From assembly GCA_010405405.1 (NCBI GenBank), contig MU004233.1:2644539-2708538 (forward strand): a DNA stretch of 64,000 nucleotides, given 5' to 3'. The DNA comes from Microthyrium microscopicum (lineage: Eukaryota). Under the pieces are notes generated by a model. The model had not been told where the DNA came from and searched no databases. It worked only from the letters and a program-made list of their open reading frames with translations. Positions within the stretch are counted from its first letter, which is position 1. Each line of letters begins with the position of its first letter. Made by a program: the position numbers and the translations under genes. This document shows, piece by piece, positions 26,856-39,300 of the stretch.

Positions 26856-28028
26856 CTTCTTGGTAGTACAATGTTGTAATGCAGCTTGGTAAAGTCCAGT
26901 AGTGGCTTTGATTTGGAGCCGCGTTGCTTGGGATTAAGGAGTAAATGGAATGCGGAAAAGAGGCACCAAGTCGTGGATGATGGATTATATGACCTGCGGT
27001 CTGTCTTTGGTAGTCGCTGCGAACCGCGCCTGCGGCAAATTCCAGGTCAATGTCACTTGATAATCAGTGAACGTCTAGTGAAAGCGCAGCGAATAAAGAA
27101 AGTTTGAGGTGAAAAGTAGAGGTACTTTTGTAGGAACTCCAGCTAACAAGTGGAGGTGGAGGAGCAGTCGAGGCATCGCTCGGAAGTTAGAAATGAGGTG
27201 GAGTTTCGAGGTTGTTCAGCAGCGCGTTAGGTTGGGATAGTGCTAGGCGGTGTTCTCGAGGCTATCAGATGGTCCAACACTTCCATCAATTGACTGTGTT
27301 GTTGTAAGCATCTTGATATAGTCCAGCTTGACCTGGCTTACACCTGCCTAGATGTACCCATTACTATTGCTATAGCCTACAACACGATGATTGCATCAAA
27401 ACTTTTGTCAAGACTCGGCATCAAAAAAGGTGTTGTTACACGACAGTGCCGCTGGTGGTTGACTAAAAGCATACCCGTAGGCATGCCTACCGGGCAGTTG
27501 CTAGACCCACGGCTCGTCGTAAGGAAGATTGCACTACACGGTAATCGGATGCGTCTGGGAGTCTTATCCAAGAAAGAGGGCCATAGAATATATCGCAGAA
27601 ACAGTGAAATGCAATCCTTTAAAAGGTTGCAACGTGATAACGTACACTTGGTACTCTACATCCCACGTCTTGAAGCTGGGGTTCAGGCCGCAGCCATGAC
27701 AATTGACAAGACAAGGCTTCATCATTGAAAGTATTTGAATCTTTTGAAAAGACAAGAATAGGTCAAGTGCTTTGACTCTTTGAACAAACGATACATGACG
27801 CAAGGACGCGTCAAAGTAGCGCGGTCGCGCGATTGCTGATAAGACTCCAGTAAAATGGTGAAAAAGCGCCACAACTTCACATCAAGCGCTATCGTCGGCC
27901 ATTGCCGCCAAAAGTCGGACCTACAAGACTTTTTCCTATCCCTTGTGTTACAAATTTTTCTCCCGCTCCAAGAAGGTATAAAACGCGTGTGGACGGATTT
28001 CTCTGGTTGCTCAAAATTTGAAGATTAA

Positions 28029-28861
28029 TGGATTCGTCGGACGAAAATAATGTTGAAAAGGCCTCGCCAAAGCGCGCTGTTCCTTTCCTCAAGCAAATGT
28101 CAATCCTCATTTGACTTCGGTGCCGATTCTGTCGTGTTGCTTTACTTCTGGATTGGTGGACTCTAGCGTATTCAATGCCTGGAGTGTCTTCGCGTCTATG
28201 CAAACAGGTCAGCATAAATTCAAGATATCTAAATGCTCTCTTATTCACCTTATCAGGTAACACTATTATCCTTGCGCTGGGAGCATCCAATCAACCGGAA
28301 GGCCATCCAAACCAATGGCTAGAGGCCCTGATAGCTATACTTTCCTTCTTTATCGGTGCATTTTCCACCTCTCGCATAAGCAACCTGCTCGGCCCTTTAC
28401 GACGGTCCACTTTGGGTCTCTCCTTCTTCGTCCAAGGCGCGTTGATTGCCATCGCGGCGGCTCTTGTTCAAGCGGAGATCGTCCCAGGTCTTCATCCGGA
28501 TTCCACAGAGGATTTTCTGCAGCTGGTCCCACTTGCTATGCTTAGCTTTCAAGCAGGCGCACAGTGCATTGCTGCGCGGCATTTGGGTTTCAACGAGATC
28601 CCAACAACAGTGCTGACTTCTGTCTACTGTGATCTTGGAAATGACCCAGAGCTCTTTGTGCCGCTTCAACAGAATTGGAAACGAAATCGACGGTTTATTG
28701 CGGTAGTTCTACTTCTCTTGGGAGCAATTATCGGTGGCTGGCTAAGTCGGACCAACGAAGGCATGGCTGCTGGGTTGTGGATGGCTTCTGCTATCAAGCT
28801 TATCATCAGCGTTGCATGGTTCGTCTGGCGAAAGGATGGCAACCAGAAACCTGCGACTTGA
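28029..28861 (+). CDS. DUF1275/YoaK-family membrane protein; intron 28208-28256; apparent 1-nt frameshift near 28096
   Basis: CCFTSGLVDSSVFNAWSVFASMQT|GNTIILALG, SFQAGAQ, EIPTTVLTSVYCDL, RNRR. The ATG frame is offset from the domain frame. Confidence 0.8.
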
Positions 28862-29274
28862 AGCGGTAACACCCTCACAATTGCATTCTCGCTCGGGAGA
28901 ATAGACGTGGCAGACTTTGACGTGTGCTGTCCCTCATGGAAAAGGTCAGCCTTCGTACTTGATTTGATATTTCCATTTTCTAACGGTTTGCAGATATAGA
29001 TTTGATTTTTCGATATACCCTTTAGACCTTAGACTGCGAAGGTTCTAATACAACTGTGCTTCTAGACCACATACCAAGTGTCAGATTCAATCGCCGAGGT
29101 CATATCCGCAAGCCTTTGAACTCCAGTGGAGAAAGGTCTTACCATGCGTAGCACCCGATCCAATTTTTAAATGCTACCGTCGGAACAAAATGATCCGGCT
29201 TCTAGCATGGTACAGTATTGTCTAGACCAAAGTTGGTGTAGTATCAGAAATCGTTGATTATTGTAAAGAACCCA

Positions 29275-32200
29275 CTAAATGCTCCATACGCGCAAGACAA
29301 AGAATATCATAAAAGCCACCACATTAAACAATCCAGGCATAGTGGTTTTGTACGCATCCGACTTCTTTTTTGGACTTTTTAATGCTTCTCCTCTCGGCAT
29401 CTCGTTCACCGGAATGTCGTTATCAAATTCCTCTGGACCTCCCGCTGTTTCAATTGGTACAGTTGTAATTGGTCGACCTGCATCAAAGACAACTCCATGG
29501 TTATTCAGACTGACAGTTCGAGAGCCCATTGTGATAGCGTTCAATCCAGGTGTAAGTTGGGCAGTACTGGACGATATGATAACTTTGTAATAGCTTCCTT
29601 TGGCGCCAGGACTGTCATTGGCGCCGAGTCTATCATTGGGATCATGATCATTGATTCGTACCAACGTCATATCTCCCACACTGAAGGATTGGGGTGGTGA
29701 GAGTTTCCTTACTGCCGTTGATAGTGCTGCAATTGATGATGCTCCTTTGTACAGTATTCCCTCTTGGTTCATACTAAAGGTTTGGCTTGCAACAACCGCA
29801 GTATCACCAGGCCGAAGACGAAACATGAATGACTGTCCAACCACTTCGAAGGACCCGTCGGCCTTGTTTTCTGCTGGCTTGGGGGTTATTGTCAAGCCAT
29901 CAAGTGCCATGGGGCCCTCAAAAGGAGCTCCTTTCTCTCCCAATTCATTGTTCTTGTCCTGTTTATGCTGCTGGTCTTGAGCTCGTGGTCCCGGATCCTG
30001 GAGTCCAGAGTCTGGGAAGCCTGCTGGCATGGGCCCCAAGGATGGCATTGCTGCATTTGCTGTCTTCTGCCCTTGGACGAAGTTATTGTTCAATGTATCT
30101 GGTGCATGTTTCGGGGTCGGTGCCGCCCCTGGAGTTGGTGGCGAGCCATTGAACTCCGAGAGCATCTTGCCATCATCATCAAGTCTTGATGCAATTATGT
30201 CTAGAGGGGGGTCTTTTATTGCCGGATAACGGTGCCAGTCATCGGACATGGGGTCATCTATTTTGAAGTTGCAGTCTGTAAGCTCAGGAAATGCTTCTGT
30301 GATCCTGGTTGGGAGGGCAATCCATGGGAAATAACTTCCATCAGTTACGGTAGTGTCGGGGTCAAGGTCGTAATTCTTAGCTGCGTTCCTATAATCTAGA
30401 CTTACCGCTCCCATGTACGCTGATGCTGGTACAGGGCCATTCAGGTCGGCAAAATGTAGTGATCGAAGAGATATGATACTGTCCTGTACAACATAAGTTC
30501 GGACATCTTCCGGCTTGACTTGCAGAACAATATCGCGACTTAATATAGGGCGAGGCCACTGAAATTCATGATGCAATGTCACAGCTTGTATGGCAACGAG
30601 AACGGATGGAGACGTAACAGTCCAGGCCTAGGTCTGTTAGCACGCTGAACAAGACTCGTTAAGCGAATCCATGTGGACACAGGCGACTTTCGCTAGTCGC
30701 CACTTCAAGGTCTTCCGTGTTCAAGAAATTCCGTCCACTGGCCAGCATTACCTCTTTGGGGGGGGCTTATCTTGAGAGTATGAAAGCCAATGGACTAGCA
30801 TTTTGAAAAGCAAGCGATTGTCTTGCAAACTGATAAGAAAACTACTTACTCCAGTAATGACGGACTTCGGTAAAGCTGTTACAGTTTCTACGAATGTCAG
30901 CTTTTTGTTTAGATTCGGCTTGCTCAATCATACCCCCCAGATGTCCAAGGATGGTATACTCAGGAAATGTTATCTTATTAACAGTTCGAATCATAGATCG
31001 GACGACACTGGTCGTGCTATTACGGTCACGAGCAGTACCAGCACCGTCGTTTTCACATAGATTTCGTGCTGTTGCGTTTAGTTGAGATTGTCCAAAATAA
31101 TGGAGAACAGCGACGTCTGCTTCCATTGCACAACCGAACGCACGACGCATAATTTTCGCTGCTTGAGCCGGCGTGCCATGCAGTAACTCGTCTCTGCTGA
31201 TGTTTGAGGTCTTCTCTCTCTCCACGGGCATTGTCAACATCCAGTTGTACCATAACCGCATATCGTCGACTGGTTCTGGACATCTCCCAAACTGAAAGCT
31301 GCCTAGGGGATTAAGAATCTCCATTGCCATCCGATCCCCATCGTAGTCACCTGTCCAAGTCACCTCATTTGGTACTTTCATTATATTTTCCACATCAGCC
31401 ATAGTGATATTGAACCCGAACGGCGGCCATAAAGACTTGGAAATTTCACTGGTTTTTTCCCAGCTATACCGAAAATATTCGGTGTACTCCGCAGAATCTA
31501 GCTTCCATGCTCGCATGAATGCTTTGAAAGATCCCCACTGCGCAGCACATTGAGATGTCTCTATCAGACAATGCGGAGGATCTCCAGGCTGATTAGGCGA
31601 TCGTTCTTTCGGTTCTAAGTACCAGAGCTTATTCGGTAGTCTGGTGTTGTTATCGTTCCTGGTATAATATCGCTCCTGTGATACAAGTCGTGTGACAGGA
31701 ATGATTTTTTCTGATAACAGAGTGACTCGTGGCAACCCATCGCATTGCTTGGGCATGGGCTTAACGTAAGCTGATGATGTTTGCTTGATCGATACGTACG
31801 GCGACATCAATGTCGAGCTCGCCAATTTGTAGTCAGCAAAGGAACGGTAGTCGGGTGTGACTCCATAATTGATCAGATCTGCTCGCATCCTACTGCTCAA
31901 AGTATAGTGTACATGACTTTGATAATAAAGTTTCCAAGATTGAACGCATGAGTTCCCATTGTCATTAGCTGTCGTTCTCTCAGCGAATGCAGTGATAGAA
32001 GGTCCAATTGACTTGGTTGTTATAGTACTTGTTATTGTGATATAATTTGTAGCTTCAGGTGGTAATTGCATATGATAAGTCCAAGTTTCGGTTGGAGAGT
32101 TATCAGGATATCGCGTCCGAGGTGGTGCCCGTTTTTTGCTCTCTGCTTCTTCCGCGGAGTGTTTCTTCACGAAGTCTTCCCATGAAAACTCCGGCGGGTC

Positions 32201-32380
32201 GGGATGATCTATCTTCTCAAATGGTCCAGTCACTGTCGAGACTTGCCGGTTTGATGCTGAATTTGCATTCGAAGTCTGGTTGTCTATGAAAAGTAAGCTT
32301 CCAATCTTAAAGGCCGAGGATATCTTACTGTATGTTGATTCCGCTAAAATTTGTACGACGCATAACAAAAGAACCCACAT
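29275..32380 (-). CDS. Large secreted, probably GPI-anchored or membrane-tethered Thr/Pro-rich surface protein; introns ~30887-30932 and 30628-30849
   Basis: Signal peptide MWVLLLCVVQILA; in-frame splices join the two long ORFs (ITG|AWTVTSPSVLVA); hydrophobic C-terminus. Confidence 0.72.
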
Positions 32381-33599
32381 CTTACTCAAAATTTAGGCAG
32401 ACATCAGGTAATTGGCACGCAGAAGTAGCTCGAAAAGGACCGCTAATGGTAAACGTGTTCTCATAAGGTTTGAATGTTTTGCAGTCACCGAGAAGCTGTA
32501 TACCCGACTTATTAAAGTTTTCCTTAGGGAGGAGCAAGGTAAATACAATTTAAGTTATATTGAGAAGGATTTACAACCCTCGAAGACACTTTGGGTTCCG
32601 ATCCTATTGGATCCCCTAACCCGCTTTTGGATGAAACTATCAAGAGCTTCGTTATTCATTGGCTGAATTACTGCGAAACAAGTCTTTTTACAAGTGGTTC
32701 TCATGTACGAATACTTTCCTCTCATCATGTGTTGATTTGCCAACGTACCTTGTAATTCTGGTACAGTTTACTGAAGAGTTCAGCGTCTGTAGAGAAAATG
32801 ACTGACATCTCGCTATGCTCTGTTAGATTGTGAGATGATGAGATCTGCCATCTTGTATATTTCGCCATCGAGTGCAACCTCCAGGTATAGATTCGATCGG
32901 CGACGAGTCATTGCATAGAAACCTTGAAGTGAGCACGCCGCTCAGATTACCATTTACTTATCCGAGTAGTAGAGAGGTGATGCTGAAAAGATATATCCAC
33001 GATTGCATGAAGTTCGTAAGCTCTGATGCGTCCATACTGTACTAAATAGGCTATACAGGGACACTCGAGAATTCTGTAGAGATTTGAAAGGTTGTTGCTC
33101 GAGCGCTAACAGTCAAATTAAGCTCGCCAAGTATGCCGCCAAGAAGCGACTTGTTGACTAGGTGCCGTGCTAGTGGGAAGCTGATTGAAAACTGATCAGC
33201 CAAGATATAAGGTTACGGAATGCTGGGTGGGAATTGTTGTGGTCATGTTTGAGTCTCAAAGCTGAGAGATAATAAGTTGAAAGTGCAGCTGTTACGTGAA
33301 TTGATGCGGTAAAGCATGCGAAATGTGAAGAAGACAGGTATCGCAATGTGGGTTGGGAGTTCCTGCTTGAATGGCTAGACGGAATTCAATGAGCGTATGC
33401 AATAATTTCTAGAAGCTGTGGGCGGGTGAGACCCCTGCTTCAACTCACAACTAGCCAGGCGATGTCAAAACAAGGCTGGATGGGATTCTAGCCGCTTGCT
33501 TTGCAAAGCTCATGAGTATGTCTATGAGCAATAACTGCATTGCGGAAACGAAAAAGCCTGGGGTGAACGAGGATTGCATCGGGCCAATGAGGGCAAGTA

Positions 33600-34285
33600 A
33601 AGTTGCTGATAAGAACAATGGAAACGAACCAATGAGCATGCATTGTGCTCGAGTCATCGATTCCGAATTCGTTGATGACCACGAGCATACGAAAGTCGGT
33701 TATGCGAGATAAGGCATTTGAACAGCCAGTACCTCAGATACGAAAGGTCACCTCAGTCTCCTTTTTCTGTCTGAGAACTGGACGAACTCCAAAGGAGTCA
33801 AAGCTTGTTGATGTAGAGTCTCAAAGAAAGATGCCAGGACGTCCGAAAGCATGTACTCATTTACTCGAAGCCCTCATTAATCGTGTCAGAATGCCTTGAA
33901 GTTTGATAATCCGGGGTACAGGGCCTAGTAGTTCGCCAAGCAGGCCGTTGCTGTGGACGTGTAGTTCTGCATGGAAGAGCCCCCTTACCAGTCTTTCGCA
34001 GCGCCCGAATGCGTCGTTGCATTAGCTTGTGAATGTTTAGTTCTCAATTTGCTTTTGCTGAGTATCAAGTGTGCTACAACTGAACCAATTGTTCTCTACG
34101 TTGACCCCTAGTGATGGGTATTGTGGGCAGATCTTGGACGGATTCGGTATGACTCTCAAGTTTTGCGTGTGGAAAGTCAAGTACGGAGCACCCGGGCTGC
34201 AGTTCGAAAGCACATAGCTTTACCGCCAGGTGGGATAACATGGGGGGAGCTGTACCCAGTACAAGCATCCAAAATCGATAAGCTT
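33600..34285 (+). promoter_or_regulatory. GATA(A) sites upstream of the ammonium transporter (AreA/Nit2-type nitrogen control)
   Basis: GATAA at about 33607, 33708, 33905, 34234 and 34277. Function is inferred from the downstream gene. Confidence 0.45.
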
Positions 34286-34406
34286 GTTGACAGGTTCCTG
34301 GTAGCTGGAGACATTTAACAGGAGACCGACTTTTTTGGCACTGAGTTAAAGGCAACAGGTAGCGTCCTGTGTATCACTTCTTCTCAGCTATTCGCTGCTA
34401 CTCAAG

Positions 34407-36119
34407 ATGTCGTCAACATCTTCTTCCGCTGCATCATCATCGCCGACCGTGAATCCATTAGCTCCAGACTGGTTGGACAAGGGCGATAATGCGTGGCAGC
34501 TCACTGCTGCAACATTGGTAGGCCTTCAGTCTGTCCCGGGTCTGGTGGTTTTGTATGCCGGTTGGGTCAAGCACAAATGGGCAATCAACTCGGCTTTCAT
34601 GGCATTTTATGCGCAAGTTCCTTCCACTTATAACGGTATATCATGAGATAAATATGCGCTGACAATGCCCAGATTTTGCGCAGTCTTGATAGCTTGGGTA
34701 GTATGGGCTTACAAGGCCGCATTTGGCAATCAGATGCTCCCATTCGTTGGAGTCCCTGGTCCTGCTGTAGAGATGACCTATGAGGTAGCCTTCCTATTTG
34801 GCCGGAAAGAAAACATTTTACTGACGAATATAGCTCAAGCAAGCGGTTCTTCCGGCGGCCAATATTTCAGCAAACTTCCCTCAAAGTACAATGGTGTATT
34901 TCCAATTTGTCTTCGCTGCCATCACGGTCATTTTGATCGCAGGTAGTTTTCTGTGCCGTATGAATATATACGCCTGGATTTTCTTCGTGCCCTTGTGGCT
35001 GACTTTCTCGTACACTGTTGGTGCCTTCAGTCTTTGGGGAGGAGGCTTCTTATTTCAGCGTGGCGTTATCGATTATTCCGGCGGGTAAGAGCCATTGAAT
35101 ACACCCACAGAGAATAATCCTCATGCTTACTTTAAGCCAGTTATGTTATCCACTTGTCTGCTGGAACAGCGGGATTTGTCGGAGCATGGTGGATAGGGCC
35201 TCGAATTGCGGAGGATCTGGATGACGCAACCCCAAATAACATCATCATGATGATGACGGGTGCGGGACTTTTGTGGCTTGGGTGGAATGGCTTCAATGGA
35301 GGTGATCCATACGCAGCAAGTCCAGACGCAGGTGCAGCTGTGTTGAATACGAACATTTGCACGGCGTTCAGTTCCATTGTTTGGATGGCAATGGATGTTG
35401 CGTACTTTCGCCGGCCTTCTGTCATAGGTGCGATCCAAGGGATGATCACCGGCCTTGTGGCGATTACTCCTGCCGCTGGTGTTGTCGCCGGGTGGGGGGC
35501 TATTATTCTCGGACTCGGCTCTGCTGTAATTCCCTGGGTAGGCTCTGAGATCGATACATTCTTCGATATACCATACTGACAGATCCAGATCACTCTCAAC
35601 CTAGGGAAACGTCATATCGGCATTCTCCAACGCGTTGATGATACTCTCGATGTCTTCCACACTCATTTTGTGGCCTCCTTAGTAGGAGGCTTTGGTGTTG
35701 GACTCTTTGCGACCGAGAGTGGATGCGCCGCATTCGCCTGCATTGATGCTGGAGGAGCTGAAGCCGGAGTTGGTAAACAAGTTTGGCTACAGATTGTCGG
35801 AGCTCTCTTCATAATTGGATGGAACATAGTGTGGACGTCGCTGATTATGATGTTCATCAAGTATGTTTTACGCATTCCATTGCGCATGACGGATGAAGCT
35901 TGTCGAATCGGCGACTACCATATCCACCAAGAAGAGTCTTATACGTTTGCGTATTACAACCGCAGCTTGCTAGAGGGTGCTAACAAGAAAGATTTGGAGC
36001 AGGCTATGAAAAACGTCATCGAAGGCCATGATATGGAAGCTGGTGTAGCAAAGTCCTCGTCGGGGGATGAAATCTCGCCTGTGGCTAAAGAGAAGACTGG
36101 CGAGGGTAAGCAAGACTAG
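34407..36119 (+). CDS. Ammonium transporter (Amt/MEP family); introns 34613-34672 (GC-AG), 34785-34833, 35085-35140, 35538-35589
   Basis: [60 protein letters not shown]. Confidence 0.95.
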
Positions 36120-36241
36120 TATCGCATATTTTCGAGTCTTTAATAGCTTCGAGCAGTTTGTAGGCAATTTGGACAGTAATTATAGGTTTTGAGTTGGTCT
36201 TAATTTCGTTTGATGAAAAGAGACTATCTGGTCATGTGATA

Positions 36242-36276
36242 TCGCGTCTTAGCGCGCTTCCAACGCGCCACGCGTA
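36242..36276 (+). promoter_or_regulatory. MCB-like CGCG cluster upstream of MSH3
   Basis: Four CGCG cores within 35 nt, including a perfect ACGCGT at 36270; MBF-type sites are typical of G1/S DNA repair genes. Confidence 0.55.
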
Positions 36277-36363
36277 AATTTGCTCTAACTTCGAATGTTC
36301 TTCACAGTGTAGTAGTGGGCAGCCATTAGATTTTCGCCATTTTGCGATACAGCTGCCATCAAA

Positions 36364-39300
36364 ATGGCCCCTAAAAGCCTTAAAGGGTCCTCACAGAACT
36401 CTTCCAATCAACGCTCCATATCGAGTTTCTTCACTCCTAAGCCCTCGCAGCCAAAACCACCGGCGCCACAAGATGCATCTGTGAACATGACGAACACCTT
36501 GACGATCGCTTCGATCCACAAGAAATCTACGAAACGGCAATCGGAGGATATCACCAGCGATGTCGAGAACGAACTGAGAAACAAGAAGAGAAAGACGGAC
36601 GTTGTGGCAGCATCACGATTTGTCTACTCTAGCACGCCTACCGCGGCAAGAACTGGCGCCGAAGCACTAGACCTGACGGAGGAGGACGAAGAGACGAAGG
36701 AGAAGAAAATGAAGCTGCACGAGCAATTTGTTGAGAAGTTGACACGTCCTAGAGAGGATTGGAGACGGCAGACAACTGAACATGAGGAGGAAGAGGCGCA
36801 AGACATGGAAGAAGAGGAAGAGCCACTTCCAAAATCTAGAAAGGGGAAGAAAAACTCCCTTACACCAATGGTTCAGCAATACCTCGACGTCAAAAGACAA
36901 AATCTCGACAAAATAATCGTCTTCGAAGTGGGTTATAAATTCCAGTTTTATGGCGAGGATGCTCGAGTTGCTGCGAAAGAGCTGAATATTGTCTGCATAC
37001 CGGGCGTTATGACATACGACAATGATCCACAAGGCCGTTTGGCAAGCGCATCAATTCCCGTTGGCAGACTGCCAGTTCACGTCAAGCGATTAGTAGCTGC
37101 AGGCCATAAAGTTGGTGTCGTCAAACAACTAGAAACCGCCGCCTTGAAAGCCGTAGGAGACAATCGAGGTGGTCCCTTCGTCCGCAAACTTACAAATGTC
37201 TACACGCAAGGTACATATATTGAAGATCCAGAGGCTGAAGAGGTAAGATTCCCATGTCTAAAACACATCCATCTATTTCTTCATGTAATTGATGATAACC
37301 AACGCACTCGTTGGCTTTTATCGCATCACGTGGCTTCTCTTATATCCAGTCCTATCCAAGACATCATGTTGAAGCCTGAAGCCTCGTATCATCTCAACGC
37401 TACAAGATATTGCGATAACAATCCATGGCTTCCGTACAACTCGGAGGCCCTTGAACCATCGCTGGCTTCTATAGGGAGATGCGATATTACGAAAGATCAT
37501 TTCATCCCATTAGAATTTGCTTGCCTTCGATATGGTCGATCATCTTACTGACGAGTCACAGGATGGCCCGGGAACTATTATCTGTTTGACCGAGACAATC
37601 TTGTCAAACAGGGTTCATGTAGGCATGGTTTCCGTGCAACCTACTACTGGATATATCATGTACGATGACTTTGATGATGAGTTCATGCGCAGTGAATTGG
37701 AGACGAGACTTCTTCATCTCACGCCTTGTGAATACCTTATTGTTGGATCACTATCAGATGAGACCAGGAAGATAGTAAAACATCTGTCCGGAAGCTCGCG
37801 ATCTGGAGTCAAGGCCCGAGTTGAAAATGTAACAAAGTCGAAAACGATGGTGGCGGAATCATTCAGCCACGTCTCTTCCTTCTATGCAAGCAAGTTTCAG
37901 CAGTCCGAAAACGAAGAACCCAACACCGCTCGTCAATATACCCTGGATCAGATCCACCAGCTTTCAGAACAGGTTACGATGTGTCTCTCCGCAATGATCA
38001 AACATCTGACGGAATACGGATTGCAACATGTGTTTGATCTCACCGTCAACTTCCAAAACTTCAGTACTCGAAACCACATGATGCTGAATGGCAATACCCT
38101 GAATTCCCTTGAGATTTATCATAATCAAACGGATCACGGCGCCAAGGGCAGTTTGTTTTGGCAACTTGACCGAACAAAAACACGCTTTGGCAAAAGACTT
38201 TTGCGAAAATGGATTGGAAGACCTTTACTTGATCAAGCCAGTCTAGAGGCTCGCATCAATGCAGTCCAAGAATTGAAAGATTCTGGCGGGTCGCGAGAAA
38301 ATGATCGCCTTCGGCGTGTACTCAAGGCCGCATCGAAATCCGACCTCGAGAAGATCCTCATACGTATCTACTACAAACGTGCCACTAGGAAGGAAGTGCT
38401 TTTACTCCTTCGAACCTTGCAAGCTATAGGAAATGAATTTGCTGGATCGAGCTATGAAGGGTTCAGATCTGACACCGTCAATAATGCTGGCTCCTCCATT
38501 GCACAGATCACGACATGTGTCACAGAGTTTCTTGACAGGGTTCGCTGGCGTTCAGAGAACGAGGAAGATCTATACTCTTTTTTTAGGGAAGATTTTGAAT
38601 CGGAAGCAGTTACTGACCAGAAATGTCTTATTGCGGAAGTTGAGCATGATCTAGAACAGCATCGAGCCGAGGCAGCCTCAAAGCTAGGTCGACCTGTCAA
38701 TTTTGTTACGATCAGCGGAATAGAGTACTTGGTTGAAGTCGAAAACTCTAAAGCCCAGCTTGGGAAGGTTCCGGCTAGTTGGTTGAAGGTGAGCGGGACT
38801 AAAAAATCTTCCGTAAGTTTTTCCGCAGATCCGTCCTCGACCCAATGTGCTTACGTTGCGCGCAATCTGCTGAACACCATTATGGCGAAATGCTATACAA
38901 CGGACTAAAAAAACCAATGGCACCCTCCCATCAGAGGCGAAGGTTCCCACCATGGCTACTAAATAAGATATGATGTATTTGTCATCTTTACGAGATCTCA
39001 ACGCCTACTGGGTGATCAGTCACTCGATCCCGAGCCTGGTAGATGACGGAAACCGTTGTCGATGGAGTAAATCAGTTGTGTTTGTTTTGCCAGTCCGTTG
39101 CATAGCTTTTCGGCAGATTGGCAATTAGGATGTTCATCGGGGTGTTGAATAACACAACAGTCTATATGTCGAATCTAAACTGACAGATCCCAGCGATTTC
39201 ATACCCCTGAGGTAGTCAAAAGCATCCGACGAAGAGATCAATATAAAGAAAGTCTGGCCGAGGCTTGCGACATTGCCTTCACCCGATACCTGGAACAAAT

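Noticed and set aside
32612..32622. CCCTAACCC telomere-like 9-mer
   Set aside because: Isolated, expected by chance, with no supporting context.
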